A DNA stretch of 64,000 bases from contig CAZMEX010000005.1 in the NCBI GenBank assembly GCA_964565415.1, positions 21,442-85,441 of the forward strand, given 5' to 3'. Position numbers and translations under genes: made by a program. The notes under the pieces are model-generated. The model had not been told where the DNA came from. It did no database searches and saw only the letters and a list, made by a program, of their open reading frames with translations. This DNA is from an uncultured Desulfobacterales bacterium. Lineage in GTDB: Bacteria; Desulfobacterota; Desulfobacteria; Desulfobacterales; Desulfobacteraceae. This document shows positions 8,462 through 17,385 of the stretch, in pieces (position 1 is the stretch's first letter; each line of letters opens with the position of its first letter).

Positions 8462-11400
8462 ACTCTTTTCCATCTTTATTTTCTTCTTGGTTATATTTGC
8501 CCTGGAAATTCCATCACTATTGCAGGCAGGTATTCAGAAAAAAGAAGTTCTCATGATAATTGGTGCCGGAGACTCCCTCGGTGTTGCCAGGGTTTTTAAG
8601 GAGCTTAAAAAAAACAAACTATCAAAACAATATTCATTCACCTTTATTACAGACTATGAAGTGAGAAGTAATAAAGCTGATGGCAGCAAAATAGACAAAG
8701 CTGACATAATTATTGCTGATTTTATGAAAAGAGAGTTTGATGCATTTATTGCTGAAAACAATGTAAAACAGAATGCTGCCATATATAGCCTTCGCTGTGG
8801 CTATCTTGCTGAAAAAACTAAAAAAAAGGGGTTAAAGGTTAATATTGAGACAGAGCAATATTTTTCTCCTTCAACCCATGAAAACATTAAAAATCTACTT
8901 TTTCTAACCATTGCAAATTCTGGCTGCGACCTGGAGTATAAGAGACCATTCAAACTACCAGAAGCTGGAATTTTTCACCCTGAAGCTGAAACAGTTTTTT
9001 CATCCTTTGATACATATTTAAGCTGGTATAAAAAAAGGGTTGGTTTCAACAAGACAGGCTTCTGGGTCGGAGTTTCAACCTTTTCCACCTCTGCCAGCAG
9101 CTTGCAATATCCCAATGCAGGTAAGATTGAACAATTTTTGATCTTAGCCCTTGAAAAGCAAGGCATTAATATTTTACCAATATTTGGAAGACCTCCATAC
9201 CATGACTCATTAAAAAAATTTTTTTTAGATGACCACCAAAACCCAAGAATTGATGCTTTGGTTGGATTTTCTTTCCGTTTTTTACGCGGATTCCCGGTTA
9301 AAACAAGGCTTATTCTAAAAACAATAAATGCACCCATCTTTATGCCTTTGGAAGCCCATTCAATTACCATTAAACAGTGGAAAAAATCATGCACTGGAAT
9401 ATCTCCCATCAGAACTGCCTGGCAAGTATGTATTCCAGAACAGAATGGAGCAATTGAACCTACTATTGTTGGTGGTAAAGCTCCTGCAAGACTCAAAGGC
9501 ATGACCAGTATCATATATGAAAAACGCCCCCTTCCAGATAATATTGATTTTTTAATCAAAAGGATTAAAGCTTTTCATAAACTTAGAGTCACACCCAACA
9601 AAGATAAAAAAGTTGCTCTTTTTTATTGGAACCACCCTCCGGGCAAACAGGGTGTTGGTGCAAGTTATATGAACTGTTTCAGCTCCATTGCCCATATTCT
9701 GAAAAAATTAAAAGCCCAGGGATATATTGTTGATATCAATGACATCTCAAAGGATAAAATAAAAAAACGAATAATGCAGAGCGGACGAAATATCGGCTCC
9801 TGGGCACCAGGGGAGCTGCAAGGGCTGATGGCAAGCAAAGATGTTGTCCAGATTCCAGTCTCAAAATATAAAAAATGGTTTAAAGAGCTTCCCCCTAGCT
9901 TTCAAAAAGCTGTTGAGGAACAATGGGGCAAGGTTGAAGAGTCAAATATAATGATAAAATCTTCCAAAATTATTATTCCATTGGTAGATCTTGGCAATGT
10001 GATTCTTTTGCCCCAACCATCCAGGGGATTTGGTGAAGACCCTGCAAAACTGTACCACGATCCAAAGGTTTTCCCCCATCACCAATACATTGCCTTTTAC
10101 CTCTGGCTGAAAAAAGAATTTAATGTTAATGCAATAATATCCCTTGGCAAACATGGTACCCATGAGTGGCTGCCTGGCAAGCAGGTGGGCTTATCCCTCA
10201 ACTGCCCCCCTGAAATCTTAATTCAGGATATTCCCAATATTTACCCATATATTGTAGATAACATCGGTGAAGGTATCCAGGCAAAAAGGCGGGGGCGCGG
10301 CATAATTATTGACCATCTTATCCCACCTTTAAAAAAAGGCGGGATTTATATGGAATATAGAGAACTTACAGCGAAAATTGATTCCTATCATACTGCCCTT
10401 GTAACAAACCCCAAACTTGCAGATGAAAAATTGAAAACTGTCCGCACCCTTATTTTAAAACTTGGTATTGATAAAGATCTTGGTTTAAGTGTGATTGATC
10501 ATGAATCTGTTGAAGAGGTTGAACACTACATTCTGGAGTTGCAGGAAAGGTTGATCCCCTATGGTAATCACACGTTTGGTATCTCACCTGCAGGTGAGTC
10601 ACTTGTCCACCTCACCAATGCAGTTTGTGATAAAAGCCCAGAAATTGACAAAAAAGAGGTTAAAACAAAAATAGAGGTTTGCGGTGAAAAGGAAATCTTC
10701 TCCCTCATAAAAGCTTTAAATGGTGAATTTATTGCACCGGGTGAGGGTAATGACCCTGTGAGAAATCCCGATGCAATTCCCACGGGAAATAATTTTTATG
10801 GGTTTAATATTGATAAAGTTCCTTCCAGAGAGGCATTTGTCATGGGTAAAAACCTTGCTGAAAAAATGATTCAGGAGTACAAACAAAAACACAATCATTT
10901 TCCTGACAAACTTGGAATTATTCTCTGGAGCACAGAATTACAGCGCAATGAAGGTGCAGGTATTGCTGCAATATTTCATCTTATGGGAGTTGAACCAATT
11001 TGGGACAGAAAAGAGCAGGTAACAGGTGTAAAAGCTATTCCCGGTACCCTTCTTAACCGACCCAGAATTGATGTATTAATTCAAATGTCTGGTCTGTTTC
11101 GGGACAGTTATGCTAAATTAATTACACTTATGGATGAAGCTGTTAAAATAGCAGGTGCTTTAAAAGATGTTGAAAACTTTATTGCCATAAATAATAAAAA
11201 AATTGAAAGTACTCTTATCTCCAAAGGATATTCTAAAGAGAAAGCGCGCCAATTAAGCAAAGCAAGAATATTTGGACCAATGCCTGGTGCGTACTCCCAT
11301 GCTCTGCAGGAGTTAATTCCCAACAGTGCTGTATGGGAAACCCAAGATGAAATAGCAGATGTATTTATACACCACTCATCCTTTGCCTATGGAAAATCTT

Positions 11401-12371
11401 TCTGGGGCAGGCCTTTAAAGAGTGCATACAAGGAAAATCTAAAAGATGTGAAAATAACAATGCACACACGATCTTCCAATCTTTACTATATGCTGGATAA
11501 TGATGACATGTTTGCTTTTTTGGGAGGCTTGTCCCTTGCAGTAAAAAGTGTTGCCGGTAAACAGCCTGAAGCCATTGTTGCAAATATGCAGGATGGCAAA
11601 ACCGTAACATTGGATAGTTTATCTAAATCAATTGGTAAAGCAATGCGAAGCCGCTATCTTAACCCGGAATGGATTAAAGGAATGCAAAAAGAGGAATACT
11701 CTGGTGCAAAAGAGATGGATCAATTTGTTGAACATCTGTGGGGGTTTCAGGTAACAACTCCCTATGCAGTGGATAAAAGCCTCTGGCAGGAGATCCACGA
11801 TGTCTATGTAAAAGATAAATACAAACTTGATATGAAAAAATTTTTTGATGAAAATAACCCCTGGGCATTGCAATCAATCACAGCAAGAATGCTTGAGGCA
11901 GACCGGAAAAAATATTGGGATGCACCGGAAAAAATGAAAAAAAGCCTTGCGAAAACCTATGCACTCAGTATGATTGAAAAAGGGGTTGCCTGTTGTGAGC
12001 ACACCTGTAACAATCCCATGTTACAGCAATTTGTCACCAATATTATCTCCCTGTATGGACTAATGTCACAACAACAATTGGAACTGTTTAAAATGACTCT
12101 AGCCCAGGCAACATCAATGAGCCAAAAGGAGAGTGAAGCCAAAATAAAAAAAATGCAGGAGGGTTTAACAAAAACAATTAAAGAGATAAAAAAAGATGAA
12201 GAGATAAATACAAAAACCAAAGGCAAGGCAATAGAAGGTTTTGAGTTGGTCGATGAAAAGCAGAATGAGACAAAAGTTACTTCATCAGGTTCCTCCTGGG
12301 TAATCATACTAATTATTTGTGCTGTCCTTATGCTTTTAGTTGCTGGCTGGAAACAAAAAATAACAGCCTGA
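8448..12371 (+). CDS. cobN: CobN/ChlH-family (class I chelatase large subunit) homologue with N-terminal signal peptide and C-terminal TM anchor
   Basis: CobN motifs HGTHEWLPGK, IPNIYPYIVDNIGEGIQAKRRG, DHLIPP, NPDAIPTGNNFYGFN, PRIDVLIQMSGLFRD. N-terminus MRLNRLFSIFIFFLVIFALEIPSLLQAG. C-terminus SSWVIILIICAVLMLLVAGWKQK. Confidence 0.88.
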   Translation: MRLNRLFSIFIFFLVIFALEIPSLLQAGIQKKEVLMIIGAGDSLGVARVFKELKKNKLSKQYSFTFITDYEVRSNKADGSKIDKADIIIADFMKREFDAFIAENNVKQNAAIYSLRCGYLAEKTKKKGLKVNIETEQYFSPSTHENIKNLLFLTIANSGCDLEYKRPFKLPEAGIFHPEAETVFSSFDTYLSWYKKRVGFNKTGFWVGVSTFSTSASSLQYPNAGKIEQFLILALEKQGINILPIFGRPPYHDSLKKFFLDDHQNPRIDALVGFSFRFLRGFPVKTRLILKTINAPIFMPLEAHSITIKQWKKSCTGISPIRTAWQVCIPEQNGAIEPTIVGGKAPARLKGMTSIIYEKRPLPDNIDFLIKRIKAFHKLRVTPNKDKKVALFYWNHPPGKQGVGASYMNCFSSIAHILKKLKAQGYIVDINDISKDKIKKRIMQSGRNIGSWAPGELQGLMASKDVVQIPVSKYKKWFKELPPSFQKAVEEQWGKVEESNIMIKSSKIIIPLVDLGNVILLPQPSRGFGEDPAKLYHDPKVFPHHQYIAFYLWLKKEFNVNAIISLGKHGTHEWLPGKQVGLSLNCPPEILIQDIPNIYPYIVDNIGEGIQAKRRGRGIIIDHLIPPLKKGGIYMEYRELTAKIDSYHTALVTNPKLADEKLKTVRTLILKLGIDKDLGLSVIDHESVEEVEHYILELQERLIPYGNHTFGISPAGESLVHLTNAVCDKSPEIDKKEVKTKIEVCGEKEIFSLIKALNGEFIAPGEGNDPVRNPDAIPTGNNFYGFNIDKVPSREAFVMGKNLAEKMIQEYKQKHNHFPDKLGIILWSTELQRNEGAGIAAIFHLMGVEPIWDRKEQVTGVKAIPGTLLNRPRIDVLIQMSGLFRDSYAKLITLMDEAVKIAGALKDVENFIAINNKKIESTLISKGYSKEKARQLSKARIFGPMPGAYSHALQELIPNSAVWETQDEIADVFIHHSSFAYGKSFWGRPLKSAYKENLKDVKITMHTRSSNLYYMLDNDDMFAFLGGLSLAVKSVAGKQPEAIVANMQDGKTVTLDSLSKSIGKAMRSRYLNPEWIKGMQKEEYSGAKEMDQFVEHLWGFQVTTPYAVDKSLWQEIHDVYVKDKYKLDMKKFFDENNPWALQSITARMLEADRKKYWDAPEKMKKSLAKTYALSMIEKGVACCEHTCNNPMLQQFVTNIISLYGLMSQQQLELFKMTLAQATSMSQKESEAKIKKMQEGLTKTIKEIKKDEEINTKTKGKAIEGFELVDEKQNETKVTSSGSSWVIILIICAVLMLLVAGWKQKITA

Positions 12372-12377
12372 TATTGC

Positions 12378-12406
12378 TTGACTTTTTGCTTTTGTTTTTA
12401 TAGATT
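12378..12406 (+). promoter_or_regulatory. Candidate sigma70 promoter for riboswitch 2 (TTGACT-17 nt-TAGATT)
   Basis: TTGACT at 12378-12383, 17-nt spacer, TAGATT at 12401-12406, immediately upstream of the aptamer. Confidence 0.45.
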
Positions 12407-12407
12407 G

Positions 12408-12578
12408 AAAGTTCAGGTGTTGCATTGAGCAGATAATAGGGAATCTCGTTAAAATCGAGAGCGGACCCGCCGCTGTAATCGGGGATGAAAACTTTAACAA
12501 TCACTGCAAAGTTAATAAAAGACTTGTGGGAAGATAAAGTAATAATTTGATCCGTAAGCCAGAAAACCTGCCTGAAAA
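12408..12578 (+). promoter_or_regulatory. Cobalamin (B12) riboswitch 2
   Basis: AATAGGGAATCTCGTTAAAATCGAGAGCGGACCCGCCGCTGTAATC, then TCACTG...TGGGAAGAT, then B12-box AAGCCAGAAAACCTGCC. P1 pairing TTCAGG/CCTGAA. Confidence 0.9.
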
Positions 12579-12637
12579 TAATTTCAGTAAGCTGACGAGG
12601 AAATAAGCTAGGGCTAAAAATATGGAAAAATACGGTT

Positions 12638-12669
12638 CCCATATCGACCATATCGATATGGGTTTTTTT
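12638..12669 (+). terminator. Rho-independent terminator (riboswitch 2 expression platform)
   Basis: Stem CCCATATCGA, loop CCATA, stem TCGATATGGG, then TTTTTTT. It lies upstream of the cbiK start at 12712. Confidence 0.75.
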
Positions 12670-12711
12670 ATGCCCATTTAAATTTAATTAATTTAAAATA
12701 TAGGAGTCAAG

Positions 12712-13680
12712 ATGATCAGAAAACGTAATTTTTATTTTATTTTAGTACTATCTTTTTTATTGGTGGCATCCAGCAACTTATTTGCAAAAAGTGCTATAAT
12801 TTTGTCAAGTTTTGGCACAACAGAGCCGAAAGCTGTCTCTTCAATCTTGAATATTAAAGCCGAGATTGAAAAGGCTTTTCCTGGAACCAGAGTTGAACTG
12901 ACCTTTACTTCAAATATTATCAGATCAATCTGGCAAAAGAGAAGGCAAAATGCTGCTAAATGGAAAGCAATGGGAATTGCTCCTGAAGTCCTTAATATCA
13001 AAGGAATCCTCGAAACTTTTGGAAAACTTCAAAGTGCAGGATTCAAAGATATAGTGGTGCAACCGACTCATATGTTTCACATGGAACAATACTCTGATCT
13101 GGTATCATATGTTGATGGTATTGCATCCATTAAAACCATAAGAAAAAAGTGGATGCCCTTTAATAACATTGTTATTGGCAGACCTGCCCTGGGGACATGT
13201 GGTGTAAAATATCCATACCATGATGATATGAAAAGAGTTGTTAAAATTTTCCATGCCGATGCTAAAGAAGCAGAGGAGGAAAAGTCAATTCTCGTATATA
13301 TGGGGCATGGAAATGAGGTGTGGTCCACCGGGATTTATGCAGAGCTGCAAAAAGAGATGAGGAAAGTTTATCCTGATATAATAACATTTATTGGAAGTGT
13401 TGAAGGGTACCCTTCCCTTGATGATATCAAAGCAGGGTTAAAACACATGCACCTGAAACAGAAAAATATTCTATTAAAACCTCTAATGATTGTTGCAGGC
13501 GACCATGCAAGAAATGATATGGCAGGAGATGGGGAAGATTCCTGGAAAACAAACTTTGAAAAAATTGGTTTTAAGGTTAATCCTGTATTAAAAGGGTTGG
13601 GATCCAATAATGAGTTTGTGCAAATATTCATTGACCACATTAAAGATGCTGCCCAGGAGGGTGGAATAAAATTAAAATAA
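12712..13680 (+). CDS. cbiK: Sirohydrochlorin cobaltochelatase CbiK with signal peptide (periplasmic CbiK(P)-like)
   Basis: SFGTT, YMGHG and PLMIVAGDHARNDMAGDGEDSWK closely match the CbiK signature. N-terminus MIRKRNFYFILVLSFLLVASSNLFAKSA looks like a Sec signal. Confidence 0.85.
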   Translation: MIRKRNFYFILVLSFLLVASSNLFAKSAIILSSFGTTEPKAVSSILNIKAEIEKAFPGTRVELTFTSNIIRSIWQKRRQNAAKWKAMGIAPEVLNIKGILETFGKLQSAGFKDIVVQPTHMFHMEQYSDLVSYVDGIASIKTIRKKWMPFNNIVIGRPALGTCGVKYPYHDDMKRVVKIFHADAKEAEEEKSILVYMGHGNEVWSTGIYAELQKEMRKVYPDIITFIGSVEGYPSLDDIKAGLKHMHLKQKNILLKPLMIVAGDHARNDMAGDGEDSWKTNFEKIGFKVNPVLKGLGSNNEFVQIFIDHIKDAAQEGGIKLK

Positions 13681-13692
13681 AGGACTGGGAGG

Positions 13693-14742
13693 TTGAATAG
13701 TAAAATTAAAGCCATAACAAAAAGGAGAACAGGGACTCTGGTGACTCTGTTCTCCTTTTTATTAACAGGGACAATATTATTATCATGTTCAATGGGATAT
13801 GTTAATATTGACTTTAGTGATATCTGTAAAATCATATACTCAGCCATCACTAACAATGCAGACATTGTATCTGATATCCCAAAAACCATCAGGGTGATTG
13901 TTATGGAGATACGGTTACCCCGTATTCTTACCTGTGCTGCTGTTGGTGGAGCGCTTGCCGTATCAGGTGCATTGTTTCAAGGTATTCTTTTAAATCCCCT
14001 TGCTGATCCTTATACTTTGGGAGTTTCTGCCGGGGCAGCTTTTGGTGCATGTATTGCGATTTTATTTAACCTCGGGGCTTTTTTTGTTTCAATTCCTTTA
14101 TTTGCTTTTATCGGAGCAATTAGTACACTGTTTCTTGTAATTTTTCTTTCCAGCGGATCCAACAAAAGCAGCTCTAACTTCTCCTCTAATAACCTTATTT
14201 TATCAGGCATTATTATTGCCGCAATTTTATCTGCCGGCATTAGTTTTTTAAAGTACCTTGCCGATGAACAGGTGTCGGTTATTATTTTCTGGCTCATGGG
14301 CAGTTTTGCTTCAAAAACCTGGATTGACGTTTTTGCAGTTTTAAGCTTTTTAATGATGGGTTTTTTAATATCAATTTTATATGCAAGGGATCTTAACCTC
14401 ATATCTCTTGGAGAAAAAGCAGCCTCCAGTCTTGGGGTTGATATTAAAAAGGTTGTCATAACCCTTCTTATTACAGGTTCTCTGCTTGCTGCAATCTCAG
14501 TTTCTGTCTCTGGCATAATTGGTTTTGTAGGGCTTCTTATTCCCCATATGGTAAGATCCATTACAGGTCCTGACAACTTAAAAGTTATCCCGCTTTCCAT
14601 GATTGCAGGAGCAGCTCTTCTTCTTGTTGCCGACACAATAACAAGGGCTGTCCTTGTTCATGAAATCCCCATTGGTGTTTTAACAGCGCTGATTGGCGGT
14701 CCTGTTTTTTGCTGGATATTTAAAAAAAGTAACCAAAAGTAA
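13693..14742 (+). CDS. FecCD/BtuC-family ABC transporter permease
   Basis: About 9-10 TM segments. Motifs LADPYTLGVSAGAAFGA and ALIGGPVF. TTG start. Confidence 0.85.
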   Translation: MNSKIKAITKRRTGTLVTLFSFLLTGTILLSCSMGYVNIDFSDICKIIYSAITNNADIVSDIPKTIRVIVMEIRLPRILTCAAVGGALAVSGALFQGILLNPLADPYTLGVSAGAAFGACIAILFNLGAFFVSIPLFAFIGAISTLFLVIFLSSGSNKSSSNFSSNNLILSGIIIAAILSAGISFLKYLADEQVSVIIFWLMGSFASKTWIDVFAVLSFLMMGFLISILYARDLNLISLGEKAASSLGVDIKKVVITLLITGSLLAAISVSVSGIIGFVGLLIPHMVRSITGPDNLKVIPLSMIAGAALLLVADTITRAVLVHEIPIGVLTALIGGPVFCWIFKKSNQK

Positions 14743-14751
14743 GGAACAGAT

Positions 14752-15543
14752 ATGAGAATCAAAGTTGAAAATCTTTCATTTGCCCATGATCTCAGCATCA
14801 CAATGCCAGGCAATACCATCAATAATTTCAATATTGAATTTGAACAAGGCAACTTCTACTCTTTACTTGGTCCCAACGGCAGTGGGAAAACAACCTTTCT
14901 TGATCTTTTAACTGGATATTTAAAGCCAGATTCTGGAAATGTTTTGTTTAATGATAACAATATTATCTCTTTTTCTAAAAATCAGCTTTCCAGAAAAATA
15001 GCCCTTGTTTCCCAGGAATACTCCATAAACTTTCCATATACTGTAAAAGAAATTGTTACCATGGGAAGACATCCTTACATGGGACGATTTCTTTCCCTGG
15101 ATAAAAAAGATAAAGATATAGTCAAACATATTGCTTCCATTACAGATATCAATGATTTAATGGAAAGGACTATTACCTGCCTAAGTGGAGGGGAAAAGCA
15201 ACGCTGTGTTTTTGCAAGAGCTTTATGCCAGCAAACCCCTGTACTTCTTTTAGATGAAGCTTTTTCCAATATGGATATTAACCACTCATTTAATTTGTTG
15301 AAGATTTTAAAAAATATGATTAGAGACAATAAAATTATAGTAATTTCAGTTTTCCATGATATAAATTTTGCATCCATATGGTCAGATAAAATGATTTTTT
15401 TAAAAAAAGGAGATATAATGGCATATGGAACGCCTAACGATGTAATGACCGAAGCAAATATAAAAAAAGTGTATGATATTAAAGCAAAAGTTGAACACAA
15501 TGCTTTTGCAAAGGCAAAACAAGTATATTTTAGTACAAATTAA
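14752..15543 (+). CDS. ABC transporter ATP-binding protein (BtuD/FecE-like)
   Basis: Walker A GPNGSGKTT, signature LSGGEKQR, Walker B LLLDEAFS. Confidence 0.9.
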   Translation: MRIKVENLSFAHDLSITMPGNTINNFNIEFEQGNFYSLLGPNGSGKTTFLDLLTGYLKPDSGNVLFNDNNIISFSKNQLSRKIALVSQEYSINFPYTVKEIVTMGRHPYMGRFLSLDKKDKDIVKHIASITDINDLMERTITCLSGGEKQRCVFARALCQQTPVLLLDEAFSNMDINHSFNLLKILKNMIRDNKIIVISVFHDINFASIWSDKMIFLKKGDIMAYGTPNDVMTEANIKKVYDIKAKVEHNAFAKAKQVYFSTN

Positions 15544-15554
15544 AATAAAATCAC

Positions 15555-16490
15555 ATGAATAATCTCATAAAGCATTTTAAAGTCTTAGTATGGCTGCTGA
15601 TATTTTCTCTTTTCAGCAGTGTATCTGTATTTGCCCATACAATTGTTGATAATGCAGGAAGAAAGGTTACATTTTCAAAACCTTTTCAAAAAATTATCTC
15701 TTTATATGGCGCACATACTGAAAACCTGTTTTATCTTGGAGCCGGAAGCCAGGTTATCGGTGTATCAGTCAATGATACATACCCAGCTTGTGTAAAAGAG
15801 AAAAAAAGCTTTTCCTTTCATGATGATGCAGAAAAATTTCTATCGGCTGCTCCAGACCTTATTATAATCCGCCCAATGATTGACAAAGGATATACAAAAT
15901 TATTCACTGCCCTTGAAAAATTTGGAATTGTTGTGGTATCACTTCAGCCGGCAAACCCTGAACAAATGTACAGTTATTGGTTAAAACTTGGTTTACTGAC
16001 AGGCAAAAACAGACAAGCTCAAAACATGGTAAAAGAGTTTCAGGATCAAATTAGTTTCTTAGGCTTGCTTACCTGCAATGTTAAAAACAAGAAGAGGGTC
16101 TATTTTGAAGCGATCCATTCAAGAATGAAAACTTTTACCCAAAGGTCCATGCCGGGATTTGTTTTAAAAACCGCTGGCGGTATTAACATTGCAGTAGATG
16201 CAAAAGCTTCACGAAATACAAACATAGCACATTATGGTAAGGAAAAATTATTATCCCATGCATCTGAGATTGATATTTTCCTTGCACAACAAGGAGTAAT
16301 GAATAGTATAACTAAAGCAGTTATTAAAAACGAACCCGGGTTTGAAACCATCAAGGCAATTGCCAACAATAAAGTGTATTTAATAGATGAGCAGATAATT
16401 TCAAGACCGGGATTCAGGCTTTTACAAGGAATAAAAACAATTGGTAAACTATTATATCCAAATATATATAATAACAATATAATTAATTAG
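15555..16490 (+). CDS. Periplasmic substrate-binding protein (BtuF/FecB class)
   Basis: Signal peptide. Size and position after the permease/ATPase genes fit. PDLIIIRP and KVYLIDE motifs are typical of class III binding proteins. Confidence 0.75.
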   Translation: MNNLIKHFKVLVWLLIFSLFSSVSVFAHTIVDNAGRKVTFSKPFQKIISLYGAHTENLFYLGAGSQVIGVSVNDTYPACVKEKKSFSFHDDAEKFLSAAPDLIIIRPMIDKGYTKLFTALEKFGIVVVSLQPANPEQMYSYWLKLGLLTGKNRQAQNMVKEFQDQISFLGLLTCNVKNKKRVYFEAIHSRMKTFTQRSMPGFVLKTAGGINIAVDAKASRNTNIAHYGKEKLLSHASEIDIFLAQQGVMNSITKAVIKNEPGFETIKAIANNKVYLIDEQIISRPGFRLLQGIKTIGKLLYPNIYNNNIIN

Positions 16491-16518
16491 CAACATAATA
16501 ATATCAAAAGGTTCTCTT

Positions 16519-17226
16519 ATGAAAAAAAGCGGGAAACTGTTCGGAATTGGTGTTGGACCGGGTGATCCTGAACTTATCACGAAAAAAGCAATCAGAATTA
16601 TTAATGAGGCAGATGTGATTTTTACTGCAGCCTCCACAAAAAACAATTACAGCCTTGCCCTTGAAATTGCCGACCCGTATATTTCAGATAATGCTGACAT
16701 CCAAAATCTATCTTTTCCCATGATAAAGGACAAGCTGAAAAGTGCAAAAGCATGGAACTCCAATGCTGAAAAAATTTCTGCTGTTTTAAAGCAGGGCAAA
16801 AATGCAGCATTTATAACTCTTGGTGACCCTGTAACATACTCAACTTTTGGCTATATTTTAATGGCAATGGAAAAAGTGATGCCCAACGCTGACATTGAAA
16901 TTGTTCCTGGTATTACATCTTTTCATGCTGCCGCTGCAAGATGCAATCAAATACTGGTGGAGGCAGAAGAGACACTTGCCATAGCATCAGGTGCCTATGG
17001 AGGCAGCCACATCAGAGATATTGCTGAAAAAGTTGATAAAATTGCAATTGTTAAAGCATATAAGAATACAAAAGATTTAATAAAAGCTTTAAAAGAGACT
17101 GGATTTTATGAAAAGAGCGTTGCTGTATCAAAATGCGGAAGAGAAGGCGAAAACATCATTCAAGACATAGATGATCTTGAAACAAGGGAACCTGATTACT
17201 GGACATTGATTCTTGCAAGCAAATAA
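16519..17226 (+). CDS. cbiL: Cobalt-factor II / precorrin-2 C20-methyltransferase
   Basis: GKLFGIGVGPGDPELIT tetrapyrrole methylase N-terminus. 235 aa. cbi operon context. Confidence 0.85.
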   Translation: MKKSGKLFGIGVGPGDPELITKKAIRIINEADVIFTAASTKNNYSLALEIADPYISDNADIQNLSFPMIKDKLKSAKAWNSNAEKISAVLKQGKNAAFITLGDPVTYSTFGYILMAMEKVMPNADIEIVPGITSFHAAAARCNQILVEAEETLAIASGAYGGSHIRDIAEKVDKIAIVKAYKNTKDLIKALKETGFYEKSVAVSKCGREGENIIQDIDDLETREPDYWTLILASK

Positions 17227-17385
17227 CACTGAAACATTACCATGCAGATGTTTTACCATTTCAATATTTATAGCAACATTGATTACGGTTTTGCTTATGC
17301 AAGGAGCGAAGATTTCCGTAGGAAGGTCAATGTTTCAAGATCTTAAGTTAATAATAGTTGGATTAATCTATTTTATGGTGGCTGA

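Noticed and set aside
13368-13889. 173-aa minus-strand ORF spanning the cbiK end and the permease start
   Set aside because: It overlaps two well-supported plus-strand genes within a tightly packed operon. No motifs or RBS.
14010-14636. 208-aa minus-strand ORF inside the ABC permease gene
   Set aside because: It is the antisense of a hydrophobic membrane-protein gene. The Arg/Pro/Ile-rich translation is typical of a shadow ORF.
17242-17346. 34-aa ORF (MQMFYHFNIYSNIDYGFAYARSEDFRRKVNVSRS) in the 159-nt cbiL-cbiET gap
   Set aside because: No RBS and no recognisable features. The gap may hold an internal promoter, but I could not identify convincing -35/-10 boxes.
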